Source of the DNA: Cenococcum geophilum
Taxonomy: Eukaryota
Length of the DNA stretch: 64,000 nt
Direction of reading: 5' to 3'
Assembly (NCBI GenBank): GCA_050273025.1
Contig: CP158635.1
Location: forward strand, 25,978,001 to 26,042,000
Part shown: positions 53,024-64,000 of the stretch, piece by piece
Layout: every line of letters starts with the position of its first letter
How positions within the stretch are numbered: the first letter of the stretch is position 1
Translations under genes and position numbers: made by a program
Notes under the pieces: model-generated
What the model saw: only the letters and a program-made list of their open reading frames with translations
Databases searched by the model: none
What the model was told of the DNA's origin: nothing

Positions 53024-55048
53024 CCTAACTCCCTACTACTATCTAATAGGATAGACCCTACCTTTAAGAATTAGAGGATTTAAGTATAAGGAAAGTTCCG
53101 TGTTAATTATAACTATTTCCTTTTTAAAGAAGCTAAAATGCTCTACTTCTTTAGTTAAACTACTAGGGACGCCTAACGGCACCTTTAAGCCAAGTTTAAG
53201 GACGACTTCCCTATCTAATTTATATCTATTAATAAGATAATACGGCACCTAGTAGCTATCTATATTAACCTAAATAAAGTACGGGATACCTATTATAACT
53301 ATAATCGCCTAATAATAAAATTAAACTAACCCTTTATTAAATTCTAAACTTAATTCCTATACCTTATAGAAGAAGGCTAGGTTCCCCTTAAGAACTACTA
53401 ATTAAACTTATACAATAAGCTAACAATCCGGCTATAAGAAAAGATTACTATAACCTTAAATAACCTACTAACCTATAAAAGACTTATAGCTTATTGCCTA
53501 TTATTAGACTTAAAACTAAAGCGGATTAACGCCCGCCCTAATTAGTAGAAGCGACTCTATAACAATTAGAACTCGCTAGCTATACCTATAAAAGCTAGAG
53601 TAGGAAGATAAGTTACGACTACTCTTATACTAAAGGCGGTTACAACTATATACTAGCGAGCCTCGCCCGACTAGTTACATACTACACTATTAACTAGCCT
53701 CGCCTAACCAGTCACGTACCACACCATTAACTAGTATTTACTATAATACTCCAATTAACCCTACCTCGGCCATATATTACAACTGCGATAAGTAGGGTTA
53801 CTTTACCTTGTCCTGCCCGGAGCTAAAAGATATAGGCAATATTAAGGAAATAGAGGAAGGAGAAACGTCTAATAAGTTGGGAAAAGAAGAACCCTAGGGA
53901 AAGACTCCTAGGGTACCCTATTAATCTTAAAGAGATTAATCTTAGTTAGCTAATAGGTGGAAAGCATTTTATAGTTTTATATATAGTATTTTAAAATAGA
54001 TATAGAGTTAATATAACCGCCCTTATTAACACTAGAGCAAATAGCTTTGCCTTTATAAATACTACCTATATAAATAATATTGCCAAGTTTTTAAATATAG
54101 AAGCCATCTAACTAGAGAAGCCTATTTAGGTAAAAGGCTATAACGGCCAAGCCAGTTAGCCCGTTACCTACGTCTTAAAGTTATATATCGCTTTTAACGG
54201 ATAACGCTAATATAGTATTCCCTTTTGCATCCTAGACCTAGGGTCCTATAATATAATCCTTAGATAAAAATAGATGTCCTATTTTAATATTTAGTTAAAT
54301 ATATAATAAAGACGGTTCGTCTAGCTAGAGGATAGACTAAGATTGCCCTCCTTTATTAGGGAGATTTAAATTAACTATAAAACACTAGCCGCAAGGGCTA
54401 ACCCTATCTACTAGTAGGATGTCCAGGCCTGTAACCTAGCCTTTACCTAAGAAAACGCCCGCTATAAAGCTAGAAAAAACTCTATACTAATAAAGATACT
54501 CTCCTAAAGCGCTATATTTAAAGAGGACTCTATATATAAAAGCGGGATAGATAGTAATATAAATAATATCTAAATTATATAGATCTAACTAGTATAGAAA
54601 AGAATATATTAATAGGATATAAGGGATAACCTTTAAAAGATGTAATAGAAGCTAAAAGGTGTAATAATAATACTAGTACCCTAGAAGTCCCTAAAGTTAT
54701 ATACGCCCCTATTATTAGGCAACCCCCCTACCATAGATATTGCCGTAATTAGTGCTGTAGCGTTCCACTTTAATATATACTAAAAGGACAATAAGGTCTT
54801 TATAATAAGCCTATATAAGATTAACCGAATTATTAATAATAGAGAGGAAAGGCTAGCTAAGGAAACTAATAAGGAACTAGTTAAACGCCTTCTTTTTACC
54901 ATTTATATAGACTATAAGGATATATTCTTAAAGGCGGCCTTAAATAAGTTACCCCCCTACCAGATATATAATTATAAGATTTAATTAAAAGCTAATAACT
55001 TGCTAGGCTATAGCCCCCTCTATTATTAATTAATAGATAAGCTAAAAG
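53024..55048 (+). mobile_element. Gypsy family B internal fragment (gag zinc knuckle, protease, start of RT)
   Basis: Contains YYNCDK*GYFTLSCP (CCHC), ALINTRANSFAFI (LIDTGA), YNIILR*K*, and LPPYQIYNYKI*L...YSPLY. Confidence 0.88.
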
Positions 55049-55250
55049 TGTAACGGAACCTTATAGTAGGAACTACGATAGGCTCGTCAATAGGCTAGGT
55101 ATATAGGAAATGCAAGTATAAAAGTTAACAACGTAATAATAACTAGTAGAGTGGTTGCCTAATAGATTAACTCTAATTATATTCTAAGAATTACTATAAG
55201 GAAGGAACTATCTAGGTAGGGATTAAGGGTCCTTAAATACACAACCGTAC

Positions 55251-55442
55251 TGTCACGGAACCCCACCGCAGGGGCCTCCATAGGAGAGCCCCGTGCTCTC
55301 GCGTACACCTCGCGTACAGCTTATGTCAGCTACGCGTAGGTATATCACCTCCTTACGCCCTCGACCCTTACGATCGATCGCGCAACGTCTTGTAGACTCC
55401 TCGAATACATACGTCTTGTAGCCACTGCCCCGTCCCGTGACA
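55251..55442. mobile_element. 192-bp solo LTR with 5-bp TSD CGTAC
   Basis: It has TGTCACGG...CCGTGACA termini and CGTAC at 55246-55250 and 55443-55447. The homologous LTR (~52825) shows the empty site. Confidence 0.93.
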
Positions 55443-57349
55443 CGTACTTCTATAAAATCCTTCTTATACATAATATACATCTTATATATAAGGTACGTAA
55501 GTTCCTCTTATCCCTTTTTTTTAATACGTAGCATATTATATAACCTTAGTTACTATTCCTTATTATATAGTTCTACCGGTTTTATTTTAGACTATGCTTA
55601 AATTAACTAACTAGCTTCTTCTAACTCTTCCTTAAGTAGTTATAATATTATACTTAAAGCGTCCGTAATACTATCTCCCTCCTCTCTATCTTTATTCTTA
55701 AAGATTTAAAATATCTCTAAGTTATTTACTAGAGGTATAATATCTATCTAATTAATTTAGTTAATATTATTACTTATTATACCTAAAGCAATTTCTTCCT
55801 TATACGCCTAACGTCGTACTTATACTATTACTATAATACTATCTCTTAGTAAGATTATACTATCTCTATATTCTCGTTGTTTAAAAAAGGGGTTAATTTA
55901 TATTACGTTAGTAAGTCTATCTTCGCGATAACTATCCTCTTATTTAGAGTGCACTAAAGTAAATATTTATTTGTCCTATAACATTTACTTTACCTCTAAT
56001 ACTAAATATACGCGACTTATTACTCTTAATAGTTATCTAGTTCCCTAATTAATTTGTCTTAAGGTCTTATGTTTAATCTACTGCTATGCGGCTAGATGGT
56101 GAACTATCTTAAGCCCTTATTAAGTTAAAATGTTTTTGGGATGCGGAATAGAAGGCCCTAAATACTTATATTACGGCGTTTACTCGCTTACTTTGTCTTA
56201 AAAAGGGTTATAAAAAGGTCCGTTTTAAGGAGTAGAAACTTATAAAATAAGGTTTATAGGAACTTAGTAATAAAAAAACGGATTCTCTTCTAATAGAGAA
56301 GGAAATAGATCTAAGTAGTTTAGCAACTACTCTTCCTAAGTTCCCCTTAGGTAACTTATTCTTTAGTAATCCTTCTTTATTAATACTACCTAACCTAATC
56401 TCTTCTAATACTTCTATACCTTTCTTATAGTATTCTTTAAATTTTCTAGTAGTTCCTAGGTAGTCTTAGTATAGCCTATCCACTTAACCTTATACTATAT
56501 TTTATCGCTAATATTCTTATAACTAACGATCTTTAAAACTTACTATTTATCTTCTTCCTATCCTCTATACGTATCTACTTTATAAACTAGTAGCTTAATA
56601 TTTCTATATACTAGCTTTAGTATTACAATATACTATATAGGGTAGATCTTTATTTTAGCTAGTAGGTTTAACTTAAACGTAACTGGTGAAATCCTCTATG
56701 TAATTTTAAAAGGTCCTAGTCTAACATAGTTTAACTTCTTACTTAGTTATTAACTCTTAAAATTTTTATATAGTAGCTATACTTTATCTCCCTCCTTAAG
56801 ATTTAGTCCCTTAGATCTCTTAGCACTATAGTACCTTTTTATTCTCTTTTATACCTTCTTTACTAATTCTATAAGGTTTATATAAAGATTTATTAACATC
56901 TTTATCCTTTCTTTAGCTGTGCTACTTATTTTCTTTACTTACTATAGTAACAACGATATTCTTAGCTTATATCTATAGTTTGCCTTAAATAGTAATATGC
57001 CTATTCCTTTTTAAGGTGTTATATTGTATATAAACTATATAACTAATAATAGCGATACCTAATTGTTCTATATATAATTAATATAATGCCTTAAATACTA
57101 TTCTAGTGTCTAATTTAATCTTTCTATTTAACTATCTATCTGCGGATAATATATAGTGGAAGTTACTACTCTAACTCCTTACTCTACTAAAAATACTTCC
57201 TAGAATGCTACTATAAATCTTAAATCTCTATCTAATATAATCTTGCTTAGTACTCTATATCTTATAAATACTTTTTTAATATAGATTTTAGTAATATCTT
57301 CCGCTAATATTTCTTCTATATATGCTATAAAGTATCCCCACTTTATAAG

Positions 57350-60300
57350 TGTTGGTATGACTTTTATAACGTGCAGAATATATATATTACAATAATATAT
57401 ACTATGCGGTGTTGTAGATAGATAATTAATTCTCTAATATCTACGCGTCGCGAGAGGTAAGGCTTATCGCGTGTTCTCCTATAACCTCTGTTAACTAATT
57501 ACGATTTTCTATGCCCAGCATGGAAAATCGCCATTAGCTCGCTTACCACTAGCGCCTTAGCCGCCCTTACGATGTGTCTAATACTTCTAGCTATACTAGG
57601 AATACTTTAGAAAATGTAAAGATCTAGTATCCTACAACTGTGTAATTTAAAAATCTATATACGCACTTCTCCTTCCTTCCTTCCTTGCTGTTATAGTACA
57701 GGTTGTAATAGTACTAGGTAGTATTATAGGTGCAGGCAGATTACTATAGGTTGCCGCAGATTGCCGTAGATTGTGGTTACGTGATATAGAGATTGTATAT
57801 ACCCTCTTTGCTATATTTATATATTAATTGACTAGGTTACTAATATAGTGCGTTTTACCCATTCCACTGTCTTTAACTTAATTTGGTTTGTGTCGATAAG
57901 TCGCTTAAGGGCTAATAATGGTTTGCTTTTAGTTATAGCGTCTATAGGGTTGCTGTCTCCGTTAATCTATTTAACTTCCGCTATTTTGCGTCTTTTATAT
58001 AACTAGTGTAGGCATATAACATTAATTATAAGTCTCTTCTCTTATATAGTTCCTAGTTTAATAAGGTATTTATAAATTAACTTAAAATTAGTGCAAAGAA
58101 TAAGCGGGAGGCTGATATTAAGTTATAATTTAATTATAGCCTTAATTATAGCGCTAATGTTAAAACTATGGGCTATAGTATATAATTTGGAGGCTAGTAC
58201 GCTTCTAGTAATTCTTTTATACTTAACTAAGGACCAGTAGATAATATTTGCCTTATTTAATAAGTCTGCTAGTACTAGGATATATCTAATCTATAATAAA
58301 AGGTCTTTATTATTTGCGAATAAGGAATTAGTAAATATAAGTAGTTAAAGTGTCTTTATGTTAAGCTTAACAAAGCTTAAGCCTCTTATTAAGTTCTTAA
58401 TTTACCACTAAATTCTCTTATTAAGTAGTTTTACGTTTTTCTTGTTAGGGTTAATTACCTAGGCAGCGTAGGATAAATTAAAAGAAGCTTTAGGCTGGTA
58501 TACGGACGCAATATAAGCTCCTTTTACTTATTGGGCGATATATTGGTCCTTAGGTATAAGTGCTGTATAAATAGTGCCTTTAGAACTAGTTATTATAGTA
58601 GCTTCCTTAATATTAACAAGGGTTAAGTTCTAGTATTGGCGCTCTTATATAAGCGTAATTATATAATCCTGTTATTAGATAATGCCTCCGTTAAACTTAA
58701 TTAGGTATTCTAGTATAAGTTACTTACATTCTTTAGTTAGGAACTTAGCTTTCTTAATCTTCTCCTATTCTAAAGCTGCAAAAACTAAGTTAGCTAGTAG
58801 GAGGGTGTTATTAGTCTATAAACCAACTATTCCGAAACTTATAGTGTTATTAAGGTAAAGTAGGCAGGGGTTGTAAGTAGATTGGCTTATATTTAGTTCT
58901 TTAATATAGTGGTTATAGTAAGTCTTAAACTAATAATTGTCTGCCTTAGGAATGCCGTATAAAGGTCTAACGACTTTTAGAATTATGCCTTGTAAGACTC
59001 TAAGTGCTATACTAAGTTTAAGAGGTGCTTTAATATAAAAGTCTCGGTTTAGTTTTATAGTTAATTATATATAGGCCTATAAAATGTCTTATAAGTAGAG
59101 ATATATACTATTATTCTAAGTTATAGCTGTAATATAAAGAATAAGGCGTTAGCTAACTTGTTAAATTATAGGTAATTAGGTTAGTATAAGGTCTTTCTTT
59201 AGGTCGTTATAGGCCTATATAACTAGTCTTAACTTCTTAAAGGCTTTATTAGTGCTAGAGTTCTTAATCTTATTAATAAATCTAAAGTTAAATACTCTAT
59301 TGCCTTATGGTATATCCTTAGGGTTAACTAATTTAAAAACTCCTTTCTTAAGTAATCCCTTAATCTCCTTCTGGTATAATGCTGTAAACTAATTAGGATT
59401 TATAAGTTAATTATTATCCTTATCCTGCAGATAAATTGAGATATTTGCGGTATTTGCTTTAATAGGGTACTTATATAGTCTACCTCTTCCGTATTTAACG
59501 GGTTAAGGTCTAGGCTTAGTTTAAGGTTAAGGTTTAGGCTCGGTTTAAGGTAAAGGTAATTTAATATTATTATCTTCTAGTTGCGTATCTTTTATGATTT
59601 TGGGGTCTACTATATATAGTTTAATAACTATACTACGGAAGTTAGTGGGCCTATAGGGAAGTTATATAGTATAGGTCTTATTTTTAATGCTAAGTAGGTT
59701 ATACGGACTAGACTAGTAGCTAGGTTAGCCTATAGGTTCTTCTCTCCATACTAATATAGGTAAGTTAAGCGGTAAGTTATAAATCGCGGTTGTCTTAGGT
59801 CCGTTGCGCATGTTAAGGGCATCTGCTACTTAGCGCTCAGCTCTAAGCTTCTTAACTTCTTTTATAGCCTTTTTAAGAGCTACTACTCGTTTTATAACTA
59901 TAGGATTAGGTGCGTCGGATTCTACTATATATAGGTAAGCTCCGAATACTAATAAGGTAGGTATAAGACTATTAGGGCCTATGGAGTTATTAATTGCTTT
60001 AAAAGCCATTTATAAAGCTATGTCTTTATTAATATCCGGTAGTTTTATAATAATAATATAGTATATATAATAAAGGGGGCTATAGTAACGTTCTACCATT
60101 TTAACTAAATTATGGGCTTTAATAGGTACGCCTTTTATAACTGTTCCGAGTATTATAGCGTATTATTTAAATTCTTTACTTATAAAGTTCTTGCCTATAT
60201 TATATATAATAATATTAGGGGGTCCTAGGTATATATCGATCTAGTATATTTATAGTATATCCTATATATGCTTAGCACTAATACTTTACAGCTATCTACC

Positions 60301-63300
60301 GGCTTAAAATCGTGTTCCTTTATTAACAATATACAGTAGAGGTGTGCTATTAATATATATAATATTAACCATAATTAAGTAGTTAAAATTAATATTATTA
60401 TACAAGGTAAATTTAAATCTACTAGGTGACTTTCTATATTTTTAATAATGGTGGCAGTAACGTATAAGGTGGTCTAAAGTCTTACTATTAATGTCGTGCC
60501 CTAAGCGTTTAAGTATTCGTGCAAGACGCTTAACTAAAGGGTAGCCAAAGCGACGATATAGTCGTCTTAATTTAATATTAGTTAAGTAGTAAGGGTTTTA
60601 ATTAAATAATATAGTTAAGTAGTTATACAGGGATGTGTTCTAAAGGAGGAATGGATAGCTAAAGTAATATATAACTGGTACTTCGCTCTAAGGGGTAATT
60701 AGTATATTTTTTAGGTTGTTAAAGTATACTTATAGTTAATCTATATCTGCCAGGCAGAGTAAAAATAGGGTGTTAACTTTAATAATATAAAACTCGATTA
60801 TGCCGATTAGGGTAGTTACTTTAGTTAATCTAATTAATAAGGTTAATCCGATGCCGAATTGTATATTAACTATACCTTATATAGTGGTATTAAGTTATAC
60901 ACTAGTATTAAGTCTTTAGAATGCTAGGAATTGGCTATATCCTATTATAGATCGTTTGGATACTCCTATGTTAATTATTATACCTATAAAGTAGTCTACA
61001 GTATAGCGGGATGTAGATATGGTTATATTATAGGTAAAGGGGTCCTAGTCGGTTATAAGAGGTATTATATTGTCTATAGTTATAACCAAATGGCTAAAGG
61101 CTTTATTAGCTAGGGTAGCAGCTATAGAAGTTGCTTTATGCTATTCTATTTGGCTGAAAGAGGTATAGAAGTGGTTAATATCTAGTTAAGAGTTTTTGTC
61201 GGTTGCCTTATAATTTATATTAATAGTTAGTGCTTAGAAAGCTTCCTTAAGCTCTTCTTCTAAGTTAATATCGTTATCTTTATAGTCCATAATATATTAA
61301 TTAAGTCGTTTATTAAATCGATTATCGAATTTACTAAACTTATCTCTGTTAGCAGTTCTAAACTTAGCTTTAGACTTTTTTTATTCTTCTTAGATATGGT
61401 TCTATAATTAGCAGCCTTCCTTATTATATATAAAGCAATATAGTTTATAACATGGAGAGAAATAAGGGCGGGTGCGGTCGCGGTTATAGTTTTAGTCGTG
61501 AGTTCGGTTTTAATATTGGTTATAGTTTTAATACCGATTGTGGTTATTCTCCCTTCTAAAGTACCAACGATCTATATAGTAAGCTTAAGTTTAAGCTTAC
61601 TTTAGGTTCTGTTTTTTATAAGCCGTAATTAAGGACTATAGTTTATTAATAAGGGGGCCTAGTTCTTAAGGTGGGTCTAATATAGCAAATTAGCATGCGT
61701 GAATTCCCTAATAAGACATAACAAGTTTATTAGTTAGGAATGGTATTATTCATAGTTCTAGGGTAAGGCTATACTATAGTTGGGAGAGTATATTAATTAA
61801 TATTTAGAGGTAATCACTAGTTAATTTGTCTGTGTTCTTATCTATTATTATCCTTAATAAGATTGCATTCCATTTACTAAGGTTTTTACATTCTAAGCTA
61901 GGGCCTTTAAAGAAATTATAAAGGTGCCTGTAAGTATCTTTAAATAAGAGATTACTAAGTCCGATGTTAAAGTACTAGTTTAAGGCTAGACCTATTAATA
62001 TAATTAGTAAAGCTTTATTATAAGCCTCTTATAGAACATTAGATTAGTTATAGATGTTATAAAAGATAGTAAGTTTATAATTAAAGCTGCTATTTATACT
62101 ATTATATTTAAGTTCCTCTATATATATTTTTGCTATATTAGAAATCTCTTTGCCCTATTCTAGTATAGTTGGCATCTATAGAAGGGGAGTAGTTTAGGGT
62201 CGTAGGGTTACGTATAGTGAAGGTCCTACTAGTGTTCCTTTAAATAGTGGTGGGGTTATAGTCTGGACACTTAATAGTTGTTATAGTTAAAATAGGGTTA
62301 TGCGAACTATTAGGTCTTATAATACTTTATAGTTAAGACCGCGCTTAAGTATATTATTTATTTTATTTAACTAAAACCCGTTTCTATCTAGCTTATTATA
62401 TACCTCGTCTAAGTTCTCTTAAGTCTAGGAATATTAGCATTCTTCCTAGGTTAATTTAAACAAGAGTTGCGTATATATTATACGTTTCTCCTTTATGCGT
62501 ATATATACTCCTTTATATTATAGGAAGGTATATATGCTTTAAAGGTGCTATATATTTACTTTTAAAAATATATTAATACTAAATGTTTTAAAATTGTCTT
62601 AGAAGGAGGACTAAAGTTTATTATCCATTAACTTGTACTTATTATATTCCTATAACTTAAATAGTGTAAAGTCTGTAAGGTCTTTGCTAGTTGCTATTTA
62701 TATATTAATCCCGTTCCTCTATCGTTCTATTTTTACCTTCTAGTCTATAGGTATAGCCATCTTAAAAGAAATAAGGGAGATGCGTAGAATAGTTTAGGAG
62801 ACAGTTTAAGTGGTCGTTTAAGGGACAGTTTAAGTAGTAGTTAGGGTAGTTATATTCTTAGTATGGTCGCGTTCTTAACGTAGTTACGTTAATTACTAGT
62901 ATAGTGGTCTATCTCTAGTTAAGGTGGAGCGTTAGACGTCTTCTAAATCTAGGGTAGATTTAAGGTATTTCCGAGTAAGGTAGAGCGTTAGATGTTTTCT
63001 AAATCTAGAGTACTTTAATTCTCTTTAACTAAAATAGGGCCTTTATAAGGTGGAGCGTAAACGTTTTTTTAAGTAAGTGCGTATCTCTTAATCTGTACGC
63101 GCTTACTAATTAGTGTTAGTATGACTTTTATAATATGCAGAATATATATATTATAATGATATGTACTATACGGTGTTATAGATAGATGATTAATTCTCTA
63201 AAATCTACGTGTCGCGAGAGGTAAGGCTTGTCGCGTGTTCTCCTGTAACCTCTGTTAACTAATTACGATTTTCTATGCCCGGTATAGAAAATCGCCATTG

Positions 63301-63359
63301 GCTCGCTTACTACTAGCGCCTTAGCCGCCCTTATGATATGTCTAACACTTCTAGCTATA
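57350..63359 (-). mobile_element. Full-length Ty1/Copia retrotransposon, RIP-damaged, TSD ATAAG
   Basis: The 246-bp LTRs lie at 57350-57595 and 63114-63359, with ATAAG at 57345-57349 and 63360-63364. LRRLYRRFGYP (pre-integrase) precedes RT LKVVRPLYGIPKADNY*F, giving INT-before-RT order. Confidence 0.95.
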
Positions 63360-64000
63360 ATAAGCTTATTTACTATTACTAAAATTATATTATAATCTTA
63401 TCTAGTAATAGGGTCTTTTAACTTTAGTAACTTAATAATAAAGTCCTATAATATAACCTCCTATAGTCTCTCTAGTATTTTAATAGGTTATAGCCCTCCG
63501 TATAGCTTATGCCTTATTAGTTTATTTCTTTAATAATTTAGATATTCCTTTATAACTTTTTATACTAAGCCTTAGATTCTATTAATAATATACTCCTCTT
63601 AGAGTCTTAACACTAAGCCCATAGCTCTATTATGTCCTTAAGTTATTCCCTTATAGAAATCTTCCATAAAATACTCTACTATGCTTCTTAGGATATACTT
63701 TACTTCTTAATTTTTGTATATATCCGTCTATAAATCTTCTAGCTATATTTCTAGAATTCTTTACGCTTAAAAGCTTTCTAGTGTCTTATAGACTTTTTTT
63801 ATTTCTTTTTAAGTTACTATAATTTTCGGATAATTATACCTAATTAATCCGTCTATATCTTTTTGTAGTAAAGTCCCTAATAGCTTTTCCTTATTCTATA
63901 ATTTAGCTTTTTAACTTAGAGCGTCTACTTATATATTATCTATACCCTTAGTATACTAAATCTTAAAATAGTATTTTATAAGCATCTCTGCCTATTTAAC

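Larger units (their letters stand above)
55049..64000 (-). mobile_element. Gypsy family A, copy 2 (inverted), interrupted by a solo LTR and a Copia
   Basis: The 3' LTR spans 55049-55670. Segments 55671-57349 and 63360-64000 are reverse-complement homologous to ~50265-52597. Confidence 0.92.

Noticed and set aside
55253..55480. 75-aa ORF
   Set aside because: It is a chance frame across the GC-rich solo LTR.

Overview
This is fungal (filamentous ascomycete-like) AT-rich DNA devastated by repeat-induced point mutation (RIP): TpA is pervasive, CpA/TpG is depleted, and Trp/Gln codons are turned into stops. No intact gene survives and the supplied ORF track is essentially artefactual. Hand translation through the RIP stops shows a nested mobile-element stack. 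(1) From before base 1 to ~49832 lies a degraded Starship-type giant element on the minus strand. It has a DUF3435 tyrosine-recombinase captain at 47010-49471, a TTAC-flanked 5' end at ~49833, and cargo including BTB/POZ, FunK1 kinase, GNAT and several unknown genes. (2) Nested inside is a candidate ~20 kb Plavaka-transposase element (~23051-42956) carrying a SNF2-like ATPase, a DUF6532-like gene, a captured intron-containing N-terminal fragment of an Hrr1/ZNFX1-type RNAi helicase, and many minisatellites. (3) From 49837 to 64000 is an LTR nest. The Starship interrupts a chromovirus-like Gypsy. A second inverted copy of that Gypsy holds a solo LTR (TSD CGTAC) and a full-length Copia (TSD ATAAG). 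A fragment of a different Gypsy lies between the two copies. A LINE fragment occupies 1-995. Coordinates of relic genes are approximate, and family assignments come from motif recognition, not database searches.
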